Source of the DNA: Candidatus Parvarchaeota archaeon
GTDB taxonomy: Archaea; Nanobdellota; Nanobdellia; Parvarchaeales; Parvarchaeaceae
Direction: 5' to 3'
Assembly (NCBI GenBank): GCA_023269965.1
Contig: JAGDXU010000026.1
Location: 1-54,423 of the forward strand
Length of the DNA: 54,423 bases
Position numbers and translations under genes: made by a program. The notes under the pieces are model-generated. The model saw nothing but the letters and a program-made list of their open reading frames with translations, had not been told where the DNA came from and ran no database searches. Below, in pieces: positions 8,355-17,026 of the stretch (position 1 is its first letter; every line of letters begins with the position of its first letter).

Positions 8355-8831
8355 CTATTTTTTTATAGCTTTTTTGAAATTTTCTCTTATTTTATTTATG
8401 GTCTTCTCATTCAATTTTGTTGAAATAGATTTGCATTTTACTAAGAATTTGGGGGCATCTGCCAGCATCCTTTTATACTGTTCATCCGGCACGCTTCTGT
8501 CCACATAGTATTGGGAGTCTATCCTCGCTTTTAATGAAGCTGCTAAGAAACTTATTTCATCCTCACTAAAGTATTCTCCCAAAAATCTCCTCGTGAATTC
8601 TATTGTACAGGAGTGTATTTCACATTTTACCCCCATCTTCATGAGTATAGAATACAAAGAAAAATAGAGCGAATAATAGGCTGCCGATATTTTCCAGTCT
8701 TTCACAACATTTAAGCTGGCAGATTCTAATGCCTCCTCTGCTTTTTTGAGGTACGCATTTGAAAGATTATCATTTGGCTCTATAAGAGTTAAACCATCAT
8801 TCCTTCTAGCACACCATCTTATCTTATCCAT
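8355..8831 (-). CDS. HEPN domain protein (toxin partner of MNT)
   Basis: YLKKAEEALESA, AYYSLYFS..SIL...G...H, RIDSQY (R-x4-Y variant); overlaps the MNT gene. Confidence 0.88.
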   Translation of the reverse strand: MDKIRWCARRNDGLTLIEPNDNLSNAYLKKAEEALESASLNVVKDWKISAAYYSLYFSLYSILMKMGVKCEIHSCTIEFTRRFLGEYFSEDEISFLAASLKARIDSQYYVDRSVPDEQYKRMLADAPKFLVKCKSISTKLNEKTINKIRENFKKAIKK

Positions 8832-9414
8832 TCGAAAACACCTCCTTTATGAATTCCTCTGAATTAAGAAAGACCACGTGGTATTTTAGTACCTCTTTTA
8901 CTAATATATCTTTGCGTAGATCTTCTCTAAATGCATTCATAGGATAGCATTTAACACTTATATCTATCCCATACATCTGCGATGCTCTCTCTATTTCTTT
9001 TTGATTGTATTTACCAACAACAAATATGTCTAAATCTGATTCGGGTCTGTTAGTACCTTTTGCGTAACTTCCGAAGATTACTCCTATTCCATCAATTTGC
9101 GGAGTTATCTTTTCTACTATCTCGTTTATGATTGAATTTTCATTTAGGAAGCTTATAGTTTTGTATTGCTCGCAAAACACTAGAAATCTTTGAGCTATAT
9201 AATTCCGCCTTAAGGAGTATGAGACTATCTTTCCCTGCCTTTTGGATTCGATTATACCTCTGCTCTCAAGGTCTGAGAGCATTATCTGAGCAGTCCTCGG
9301 GCTTATTCTTAGAACACGCTGTACCTCTCTTATATAAAAGCTCCTATCAAATCCTTCTGTGAATAGAGAAAGCACACGTAGATGATTCTCAGTTATGTTT
9401 ACTTTATTATACAT
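8824..9414 (-). CDS. wHTH-fused minimal nucleotidyltransferase (MNT antitoxin)
   Basis: N-terminal winged HTH (YIREVQRVL..SPRTAQ..L..LE..GII); IFGSYAKG....SDLDIFVVG Pol-beta motif. Confidence 0.92.
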   Translation of the reverse strand: MYNKVNITENHLRVLSLFTEGFDRSFYIREVQRVLRISPRTAQIMLSDLESRGIIESKRQGKIVSYSLRRNYIAQRFLVFCEQYKTISFLNENSIINEIVEKITPQIDGIGVIFGSYAKGTNRPESDLDIFVVGKYNQKEIERASQMYGIDISVKCYPMNAFREDLRKDILVKEVLKYHVVFLNSEEFIKEVFSNG

Positions 9415-9501
9415 ATGTATTTATTATAATACAATCTATTTAAACCTATCTTTCTCATGGCTTTGATTCTTATAAAAGTTCACTTGTCGAAATACTGACT
9501 G

Positions 9502-9685
9502 ACAGGAAAACATTTTTAAATAGAAAGAATGATAGAAAGGATGATAGCGTCCATAGGCCAGTGGCAAATCCCGTTCCCATTTCGAACACGGAAGATAATC
9601 GCTGGTGCGTCTCATGAGTAGTCAGTAAAATGGCAAAAATGAGTTGATGCTATCACTTAAATTGTTAAAAGGTGAAGATGATACA
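9502..9685 (+). repeat. 184-bp exact direct repeat, copy 2
   Basis: Identical to 8095-8278; continues into the intact rps13. Confidence 0.97.
9542..9655 (+). rRNA. rrf: 5S rRNA, copy 2
   Basis: Same sequence as copy 1; TTTTTAAATA TATA-like box about 20-29 nt upstream. Confidence 0.9.
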
Positions 9686-10202
9686 GACTGTACAGGATAA
9701 AGCGGTAAAGGCGCCAAAGAAGGCTATAGAGAAGCGCATAATAAGAATCGGAGACACAGACCTAGATGGTGATAAAAGTGTCATAAGTCAGTTGATAAGA
9801 ATCTATGGGGTCAGTGCGTCCTATGCAAATGCAATCATAAATGCGCTGAATCTTGAAGCAAAGACTAAGCTTCAGGATCTAAATGAAGAGACTATAAATA
9901 AACTCAAGGAAGCATTGATAAATCCACAAAAGTATGGCATACCCCTCTGGCTTTTAAACTGGCAAAAAGAAGTTGAATCTGGTACATCAAAACACAAAGT
10001 TGGAAGTGAGTTGAAGTCTAAGAATGCCTTAAATTTACAGCAGATTAAACTACTTCGCACATTTCGCGGAATAAGACACCAGTTTGGATACAAGGTTAGA
10101 GGTCAAAAAACGCGTTCCAGAGGTGCAAATGAAAAGGGAAGAATAGGCAAGACCATCGGCGTGACTAAATCCAAGGAGATGAAGCAGCCAGCAAAAGAGT
10201 GA
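9678..10202 (+). CDS. rps13: 30S ribosomal protein uS13
   Basis: IIRIGDTDLDG, IYGVS, IPLWLLN, FRGIRH..GYKVRGQKTRS. ATG 9678 follows an AGGTGA SD (GTG 9672 is an alternative). Confidence 0.96.
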   Translation: MIQTVQDKAVKAPKKAIEKRIIRIGDTDLDGDKSVISQLIRIYGVSASYANAIINALNLEAKTKLQDLNEETINKLKEALINPQKYGIPLWLLNWQKEVESGTSKHKVGSELKSKNALNLQQIKLLRTFRGIRHQFGYKVRGQKTRSRGANEKGRIGKTIGVTKSKEMKQPAKE

Positions 10203-10206
10203 ATTT

Positions 10207-10740
10207 ATGGGAACAAGCAAGAGACAGACAAACAAGTTCAAACCTCCAACAAAGATATGGGATAAGAGTAGAATAGATCGGGATAGGGTTCTAAGAAGGA
10301 AATACGGGTTTAAAAGCAAGAAAGAACTTTGGAAGGAAGAATCTTTCTTGAGAAACATAAGGAAGAGAGCAAGAGATATAATAGCTTCAAAGGCGACAAA
10401 TACTGAGGCAGAGGGAGAAAAAACATTCATCGAAACACTGAATAAGCTGGGTTTGGTGGAGAAGGATGCGACAGAGGATAACGTTTTAGAGTTAGGGATA
10501 GAGGACATACTTGAAAGAAGACTCCAAACTATAGTCTTCAAGAAAGGTTTATCAAGAAGTATAAATGAAGCAAGGCAGATGATAACACACTCACATATAG
10601 CGATAGGGGACAAAGTTGTATCAGCTCCAAGTATGCTTGTAAATAAGGAGGACGAAGATAGAGTGATTTATGCACCAAACTCTCCATTTAAATCTGAGAC
10701 ACATCCTATAAGGGTAAAGAAGGAGGAAAACAAAGGATGA
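10207..10740 (+). CDS. rps4: 30S ribosomal protein uS4
   Basis: [36 protein letters not shown]. Confidence 0.97.
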   Translation: MGTSKRQTNKFKPPTKIWDKSRIDRDRVLRRKYGFKSKKELWKEESFLRNIRKRARDIIASKATNTEAEGEKTFIETLNKLGLVEKDATEDNVLELGIEDILERRLQTIVFKKGLSRSINEARQMITHSHIAIGDKVVSAPSMLVNKEDEDRVIYAPNSPFKSETHPIRVKKEENKG

Positions 10741-11132
10741 TTATGGAAAAGGGAAAGGTTGGTGTTTTGCATATCTATTCTACGATGAATAACACTATAA
10801 TACATGTCACTGACCTTAGTGGAATCCATACTTTTTCTATACACAGTGGCGGTTCACAGGTTAAAGCAGACCGTTTAGGTTCATCTCCAAGGGCTGCAAT
10901 GGATGCTGCTAAGAAAGTTGCTGAGGAAATATCAATGAAAGGGATAAGAGAGGTACACGCTAAGATAAGAGCCGCTGGTGGGATAAAATCAAAAACTACT
11001 GGCCCTGGTGCAAAATCAGCACTAAGAGCTTTGGAAAGGTCTGGAATAAGGATTTTAAGCGTAGAGAATGTCACACCAATTCCGCACGATGGATGTAAAA
11101 GAAAAGGTGGAAGAAAAGGTAGGAGGATGTAG
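10737..11132 (+). CDS. rps11: 30S ribosomal protein uS11
   Basis: [44 protein letters not shown]. Confidence 0.97.
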   Translation: MIMEKGKVGVLHIYSTMNNTIIHVTDLSGIHTFSIHSGGSQVKADRLGSSPRAAMDAAKKVAEEISMKGIREVHAKIRAAGGIKSKTTGPGAKSALRALERSGIRILSVENVTPIPHDGCKRKGGRKGRRM

Positions 11133-11134
11133 AT

Positions 11135-11890
11135 ATGCCAGTAGAAACGTTAAGTAAGGGCGACAAAAAAGCACAATTCTTGGTAACTGACAGCCACTTC
11201 TCGATGTTGAACGCTTTGAGACGAGCAATCATAACAAATGTAAAGACAATGGCCATAGATGATGTCACTATCTATACCAATACAAGTTCTATGTATGATG
11301 AAATATTGGCCAACAGACTTGGTTTAATTCCACTAAAGACCATCCCGGAACTTGAAAAATCAAAGAAGGAAGTAGTTTTCTCATTGAAGGAGATCGGGCC
11401 AAAAGTGGTGCACTCTGGTGACCTTAAGTCTTCCGACCCGGATATAGTACCTGTATACGACAATATGGTACTAGTTTCGCTTAAAATTGGTGAGAGCATA
11501 GATTTAGAGGCAAAAGCTAAGTTTGGCGACGGAAGTGAGCACACTAAATTCACACCTGCTCATGTATTCTATCATTTCTATCCAAAGATAGAGATAACAA
11601 AGGAAAACGTAAAGAATGCCGCACAGATAGCTGAGAAATGCCCAGTAAATATACTAGAAGCAGATGGTGGAAAGCTTTCGGTTAAGAAAGGGCAAATAAG
11701 CAGATGCATACTGTGTAAGGCCTGTGAGGAATTCGCTGGAGAAGATATTATAAAGATATCATCAGACAACAAAAAGATAATATTCGAAATAGAAAGCTGG
11801 GGGCAGCTTTCATTGAAGCAAATAATAGACGAGGCTTTTGATTCATTAAAGGAAGAAGCCGAGGCTATAAAAGATAGGATTACCAAGTGA
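11135..11890 (+). CDS. rpoD: RNA polymerase subunit Rpo3 (RpoD) with Fe-S domain
   Basis: NALRR, NTSSMYDEILANRLGLIPL, EHTKF.P, CP...CILCKAC cysteines; follows rps11. Confidence 0.96.
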   Translation: MPVETLSKGDKKAQFLVTDSHFSMLNALRRAIITNVKTMAIDDVTIYTNTSSMYDEILANRLGLIPLKTIPELEKSKKEVVFSLKEIGPKVVHSGDLKSSDPDIVPVYDNMVLVSLKIGESIDLEAKAKFGDGSEHTKFTPAHVFYHFYPKIEITKENVKNAAQIAEKCPVNILEADGGKLSVKKGQISRCILCKACEEFAGEDIIKISSDNKKIIFEIESWGQLSLKQIIDEAFDSLKEEAEAIKDRITK

Positions 11891-11894
11891 AAAT

Positions 11895-12359
11895 CTAAAT
11901 CTTCTTAGATATATCTAGTATAAGAGGGCTATCGATTCGGATTATATCCTCCACTTTTATCCTTAGGATACTGTCTCTTGAGCCCCCTCCGCAGAATACT
12001 TCCTCTTTTGGATCAAGACTTGAATCAACTATGAACTTTGACTTGTAAGATATTGGAGGAACCCCTCCTTTTTCAAACCCAGTATGTGCTATTATTTCAT
12101 CGTCATGAGCCAGCCTAATTTTATTCTTTCCAAGCGTATTCTTCAGTTTTTCAAGATCTATCTTTCTGTCGCCGGGCAGTATTACACCTATGAACTCACC
12201 ATCAGCTAATAAGCAGATAGTCTTTGCGATTCTGCCTATGTCCACACTCAAAGTGCCGGCAGCTGCGATTGAAGAACCTGAATTACCGATGTCTTTTATA
12301 ACAACAGCCTGTATATTATGCTCCTTTATGAATCTCTCTAAATCACTTTCTGTATTCAT
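11895..12359 (-). CDS. YbaK/ProX family aminoacyl-tRNA trans-editing protein
   Basis: IAKTI, TGFEKGGVPPI, VFCGGG motifs. Confidence 0.92.
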   Translation of the reverse strand: MNTESDLERFIKEHNIQAVVIKDIGNSGSSIAAAGTLSVDIGRIAKTICLLADGEFIGVILPGDRKIDLEKLKNTLGKNKIRLAHDDEIIAHTGFEKGGVPPISYKSKFIVDSSLDPKEEVFCGGGSRDSILRIKVEDIIRIDSPLILDISKKI

Positions 12360-12360
12360 A

Positions 12361-13053
12361 TCAAATCGACTCTATGATTTTTAATAGCTCCCTTGCGTTC
12401 TTAAGCATATCATGGTCATTGTTGAAAAAGATGAATGCTTCCTTTGGATTATAATTTAAAATCGTATTGATTATACTCCTGAGTTCTTTATTTGAATATT
12501 TATAGGTATACCATGATTTTCTACCGTGAAGCCTTAGATAAATTTTATGTGTTGTTTTAGCGAAGAAAGAGCCTATCGGAGAGTCTATGCTGCACATAGT
12601 CACACCTCTTTCCTTGAACCTAGAATAGATTTCATCATTAAACCAAGACGCTGCCCTTGGCTCCACTACAGCTCTGTCAGATAAACCGCTTCTAGCTATG
12701 AAATCAAGTACAACTTCAGCCTTATTGCCCTCCACGCTCGGAGGAAGCTGGAACAGGTAGTTGTCAATGACATTGTCCATAGGTTTGAAAAGTCCTTCAA
12801 ATTTTTCAAACATTGGTACTGCCTTCTCACTGAACTTATACATGTGCGTTATACTACGATTAACTTTTATTGACCAGGATAAGCCGCTTCTCTTCGCCCA
12901 CCCCTTAACTTGATTTGGGAATGGGAACCTATAGAAGCTAGAGTTTAACTCAACTGCATTTAAACCAGAATTTGATACGTACCAATCTAAAGTTCTGCCC
13001 TCGTTCCAGTCATAAGACCAGCCAGATGTGCCAACTAAAAATTTAGTTTTCAT
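12361..13053 (-). CDS. DUF72 (UPF0759) family protein
   Basis: VGTSGWSY, AVELNSSFY, LFQLPPS, YLRLHGR, FFNND. Confidence 0.94.
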   Translation of the reverse strand: MKTKFLVGTSGWSYDWNEGRTLDWYVSNSGLNAVELNSSFYRFPFPNQVKGWAKRSGLSWSIKVNRSITHMYKFSEKAVPMFEKFEGLFKPMDNVIDNYLFQLPPSVEGNKAEVVLDFIARSGLSDRAVVEPRAASWFNDEIYSRFKERGVTMCSIDSPIGSFFAKTTHKIYLRLHGRKSWYTYKYSNKELRSIINTILNYNPKEAFIFFNNDHDMLKNARELLKIIESI

Positions 13054-14381
13054 TTAGGCAATACAAATTGCTCCTGTCCCTTAAATATATCTATCTCATT
13101 AACCAACTCATCTCTAACCTTCACGTACTTTATATCGGCCAAAACATTCTTTCCATTTTTGGTAAATTCCTCTATAGTCCCTGTCTTCCCCTCTACTGTA
13201 AGCTTGAAATCATCCTTGAAAATTGCCTTCCTTGGCCTTTCATATAAACTTATGAGAGACCTGTTATTAACTGCATCTCTTCTAGAAATCGGCACATTGA
13301 GCCCATAAGCCTCTGAAAAAGCAGTTTCAGTCGTTAAGCTGTGGTCATCGCCGCCATCAGCCGCTTCTATTATCGTCTTCGATAGATTCACCAGACTTTG
13401 GTGTCCTTTCTTTTCACCAAACTTACGATTCTTTGGATACTTTATTATCAGAGGTACCTTTATCAATTCATCGTATAGATAAACCCCATGATCGATGTAC
13501 CCATGCTCATTCAATGCTTGACCATGGTCTGAAGTCACAATTACCATAGTATCATCGTATAATCCCATCCTCTTAAGGTTCGATATGATCTTTCCTATCA
13601 TCTGATCAAGATACTCGGCTTCCAAGATGTATTCAGATTTAACAGCCCTCATCTCTTTCGATTTTATCCTCGGAGATTTAAAGTTCTCTTGAGGGCCCCT
13701 ATATGAAGAATGTCTGTAAGGCTCGTGCACCTCCATAAGGTTAATGAACCTGAAAAAAGGCTCATTCCAATTCGATCCAGAGAGTAGCATGTTAACATAA
13801 AAAGCGCCTTTATCAAATGGAAAGTTGAGAACCTTCTCTACTTTCCTCGTTTTGAGATAAGACGCGCCATACTTGAATAAGGTTCCTATTTTCATCTTTT
13901 TGATAAGAGAGGAGATTATTTCTGTGTTACTATACCCGCTCCTTATCATCTTCATTAGCTCTTTATCCTGCCTGAGCTGGTATCTTGTAGGAACGGTATC
14001 TATATTGAAAAAATTATTGAAGCCGATATCAAGATTTGTAAGGGTGGAGACTAAAAGATTGGTGGAGATGCCAAGTGTATTGTATCCTTTAGAGGAAAGA
14101 ATAGTCGATATTAGATTTTTATAAATGCTCTTATTCTTATTTGCCACATGCCATGTCTTTAACTTTTCTGTTTCGTGCACACCATGTTCATTCAGATACA
14201 TCCCACTAAAAAAGGACACATGAGATGGTACCGTCCAAGGCGATGGAGAAATCGCATTTTTGTACAGCATCCCATCACGAGCCAAATCTGATAGATTCTT
14301 CATCTTCGCGGGGCCGCCGTACAAGTCTAACACATCACGCCTAAGTGTATCACACAATATGAAAAGTACATTGTCTGCCAT
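13050..14381 (-). CDS. Sulfatase-like hydrolase/transferase (alkaline phosphatase superfamily)
   Basis: ILCDTLRRD, SPWTVPSHVSFFSG, NLMEVHEPY, VTSDHG, HG..LYDELIKVPLII. Confidence 0.9.
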   Translation of the reverse strand: MADNVLFILCDTLRRDVLDLYGGPAKMKNLSDLARDGMLYKNAISPSPWTVPSHVSFFSGMYLNEHGVHETEKLKTWHVANKNKSIYKNLISTILSSKGYNTLGISTNLLVSTLTNLDIGFNNFFNIDTVPTRYQLRQDKELMKMIRSGYSNTEIISSLIKKMKIGTLFKYGASYLKTRKVEKVLNFPFDKGAFYVNMLLSGSNWNEPFFRFINLMEVHEPYRHSSYRGPQENFKSPRIKSKEMRAVKSEYILEAEYLDQMIGKIISNLKRMGLYDDTMVIVTSDHGQALNEHGYIDHGVYLYDELIKVPLIIKYPKNRKFGEKKGHQSLVNLSKTIIEAADGGDDHSLTTETAFSEAYGLNVPISRRDAVNNRSLISLYERPRKAIFKDDFKLTVEGKTGTIEEFTKNGKNVLADIKYVKVRDELVNEIDIFKGQEQFVLPK

Positions 14382-14619
14382 GTTCTAATTAGTACACCTC
14401 GATATATAGATAGGGTACTCTTCCATAACTGCTTTATTTAGGTACATCCTGAATTTGTTACCACGCATATTCTTATCTGTTTCTTCTTTCATAAATACCT
14501 ATTCTTACTGCCTTTGATCATTCTCGAATCAAGGTATTCTCATTGCTGAGATATTAAATTTAACAGATTTTATCGCCAGACGATTCTTTAAATATATTAT
14601 CACTATAGAATAGAAATGT

Positions 14620-14645
14620 ATTAATAGTAAATTATATCTATTAAT
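14620..14645. promoter_or_regulatory. Inverted repeat ATTAATAG-N10-CTATTAAT, candidate operator
   Basis: Perfect 8-bp arms ending 5 nt before the ATG at 14651; TTTAAATA box upstream near 14587. Confidence 0.4.
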
Positions 14646-14650
14646 TTGAT

Positions 14651-15799
14651 ATGACAATTGATTACAAACAGAACCTTAGATATACTTGGTGGGAAGAGAA
14701 CACAGATGGTGGTCTTTATTATCCAGACGTATCATGGGAAATCCTAGAAAATCAAGGTCTCAATCATAGCGATATGGAAAAGGCCTTAGATACATTGAAA
14801 GATGTCTCTTATGGAAGAACAAGCTGGGACAAATTTAATTTAATGTGGGTAAAACTGATAGCAAAAAAGCATACCTCAGAAGAGAGCGGATCGAATTTTT
14901 GGATTGAAAGAGCTAACGCAGATAAGATAACGGAAAAGAGGATAGACGAAGCTAAGACTCTAGATGATCTTGTAAAAATCTTAGGTTATGCTGACTATGA
15001 TAAACTAAAAGCCGAAGATGGGTATGAGAAGTTCTATAAGCCGAAAAATATATCTATTGGAGAATTATATAGAAGCGATTCATCAGGCACTACCGGCGCA
15101 CCAAAGACAGTTTACCATGGACCGCTCCCTTTGACCTTTTCAGCTTTGGACGAGGTCACCGGGATAATTAACACTGTTCCTCAATCCGAATTAAACGGTA
15201 AAAAACTACTGTGTTTAGGCCCTACCGGGGCTTATCAAGAGGAGCATAGGATAATCACAGATATATTGAATATGGATTATTTTGACCTTTCCTTTAACAC
15301 AAGAGGGTTAAAAAACAAATCACCTGAAGAGATAAATAAAATCATTGGGCCTGTGATTAAGAGAACCATAGATGAATTAATAAAGGGAGATGTTGGGATA
15401 ATGACAGGAACTCCCCAAGTATTGTACGGGATACCGAAAGAGCTGATAGAAAAAGTTACGATGATTAAAATGTCTGGGGTAGAGATAAACGCAAATGAGA
15501 TACATAGGCTGGAGAGAGAATATGGGGCAAAGGGAACAAAGTTTATGCCGATGTATGGGCATTTTGCGGGAAAGTCTTCAATAGGCATAGTCAACAATGA
15601 ATCAATAGAGTATTTTCCACCCTACCCATTCACAATTTACAAATTCGGGAATTCGGTAGGCTATGGACAAAGAGACAGAGCTGAACTTATAGTAGCACAG
15701 CCAGAACTCCTGCTTATACATCCGGAAGACTACGGGAAAAAGGTTAAATCCAATGAAATGTTCAATGAGGTAGATGGGATAGCAGACCCATCGAGGTGA
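14651..15799 (+). CDS. EhpF-like adenylate-forming enzyme (ANL/PaaK-related, lacks C-terminal domain)
   Basis: SSGTTGAPK P-loop; H.SEESGSNFWIERA, VGYGQR..A.L and terminal DGIADP recall the EhpF (phenazine-activating) family; 382 aa. Confidence 0.72.
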   Translation: MTIDYKQNLRYTWWEENTDGGLYYPDVSWEILENQGLNHSDMEKALDTLKDVSYGRTSWDKFNLMWVKLIAKKHTSEESGSNFWIERANADKITEKRIDEAKTLDDLVKILGYADYDKLKAEDGYEKFYKPKNISIGELYRSDSSGTTGAPKTVYHGPLPLTFSALDEVTGIINTVPQSELNGKKLLCLGPTGAYQEEHRIITDILNMDYFDLSFNTRGLKNKSPEEINKIIGPVIKRTIDELIKGDVGIMTGTPQVLYGIPKELIEKVTMIKMSGVEINANEIHRLEREYGAKGTKFMPMYGHFAGKSSIGIVNNESIEYFPPYPFTIYKFGNSVGYGQRDRAELIVAQPELLLIHPEDYGKKVKSNEMFNEVDGIADPSR

Positions 15800-16464
15800 A
15801 TATGGTTGTTGAAAGGATAAAAACTGGAATATATGGACTTGATGAAAAAATTGAGGGTGGCTTCGAAAAAGGAAGTGTAATAACAATACTTGGCGGGCCT
15901 GGTGCCGGAAAGTCAATAATTGGGATGCAGTTCCTGTATCATGGCGCTAAAAACGGAGAAAATGGGTTATATTACTCTTTTGAGGAGTCAAGAGAGGATA
16001 TCATCAAAGACATGGAAGCTGTTGGACTCGATCCAACGGATTTGATTAAACAAAACAAACTCAGTGTGGTTTCGGCCTCGCCAGTCGATTTTGAATATCT
16101 CCCCATAATAGATTCGATCAAAAAGGATAACATTAAAAGACTTGTTATAGACTCTCTCTCGACAATCTCTATGTACTTTGAGAATAACTCAAAGTTCAGG
16201 AGATTTCTGCTTGATTTGGTAAGCAGCCTGAAGGAAATTGGCGTTACGACAATAATGACGGACGAACAAGCACAGGGGACGGGGGAGAATGAGATTATGT
16301 TCTTCAGTGGTGAATATCTATCTGACGCCGTCATAAAGCTTTACTACAGTGGGCTTGGCGGTGAATACGATAGGAGCATGCAGATAATAAAGATGCGCAG
16401 GACGAATAATGAAAGGAGTGTCATACCGATGAAAATAGGGCAGGGTGGTATATACTTGAGGTGA
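15796..16464 (+). CDS. KaiC-like (RAD55/RecA superfamily) single-domain ATPase
   Basis: RIKTGIYGLD, GGPGAGKS Walker A, YSFEES, RLVIDSL Walker B, IIKMRRT. Confidence 0.95.
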   Translation: MNMVVERIKTGIYGLDEKIEGGFEKGSVITILGGPGAGKSIIGMQFLYHGAKNGENGLYYSFEESREDIIKDMEAVGLDPTDLIKQNKLSVVSASPVDFEYLPIIDSIKKDNIKRLVIDSLSTISMYFENNSKFRRFLLDLVSSLKEIGVTTIMTDEQAQGTGENEIMFFSGEYLSDAVIKLYYSGLGGEYDRSMQIIKMRRTNNERSVIPMKIGQGGIYLR

Positions 16465-16469
16465 AGCCA

Positions 16470-17000
16470 ATGGATAATTCAGATTTGGAAGCCGAACAGT
16501 ACCTTCAAAACCTCATAATGACAAAAAACGTGAGGGTTGAAGACGGTAGGCTTCTGCTTCTGGGCCGCCCGGGGGTGATGCTAAATGCAGAATTCATAGT
16601 TTCCTTCTCAAAATATCTTGGTGATTACAACTCTGACTCAGTTGTCAAACTCGGAGAAAATTTGGGGGACAGTATCACTAAAGACTATAAAAACAGATTC
16701 ATTGATCCAAATAAGACCCTAAAGTTTCTATCTAGCATAACCCCTCTTGTAGGAGTTGGCAGAATTAACTTTAACATAGAAAATGAACAAGTGATAACAA
16801 CGATATCGCCTTCTGTTCTGGGAGAAACCTACGTAAAGCTATTTGGGCTAGCTAAAACGCCACAATGTCATTTCGTAGAAGGAGTAATCAATAGATTATT
16901 GGAGGGGATATTAAATAAGAAATTTAAGACAAATGAAATTGAATGCGTAAGTAAAGGCGATAATAACTGCAAATTTTTGACAACGGAGGTAAAAACTTAA
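16470..17000 (+). CDS. V4R (4-vinyl reductase) ligand-binding domain protein
   Basis: DGRLLLLG, GVGR, PQCHFVEG, EIECVSKGDNNCKF (V4R C..E..C...C signature). ATG 16470, or GTG 16461. Confidence 0.9.
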   Translation: MDNSDLEAEQYLQNLIMTKNVRVEDGRLLLLGRPGVMLNAEFIVSFSKYLGDYNSDSVVKLGENLGDSITKDYKNRFIDPNKTLKFLSSITPLVGVGRINFNIENEQVITTISPSVLGETYVKLFGLAKTPQCHFVEGVINRLLEGILNKKFKTNEIECVSKGDNNCKFLTTEVKT

Positions 17001-17026
17001 AAATAGAAAAAGCTTAAAAATGGAAC

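Noticed and set aside
10110-10150. Short insertion in uS13 (RGANEK) as a possible in-frame BHB intron
   Set aside because: I could not fold a 4-bp helix with two 3-nt bulges here; more likely a lineage-specific protein insertion.
14385-14492. 35-aa minus-strand ORF (MKEETDKNMRG...) upstream of the sulfatase-like gene
   Set aside because: No recognisable motif and only weak initiation signals; could be a remnant but cannot be supported.
15796-16464. KaiC-like ATPase as a circadian clock component
   Set aside because: Single-domain protein with no kaiA/kaiB nearby; it fits the general archaeal KaiC-like signalling ATPases.
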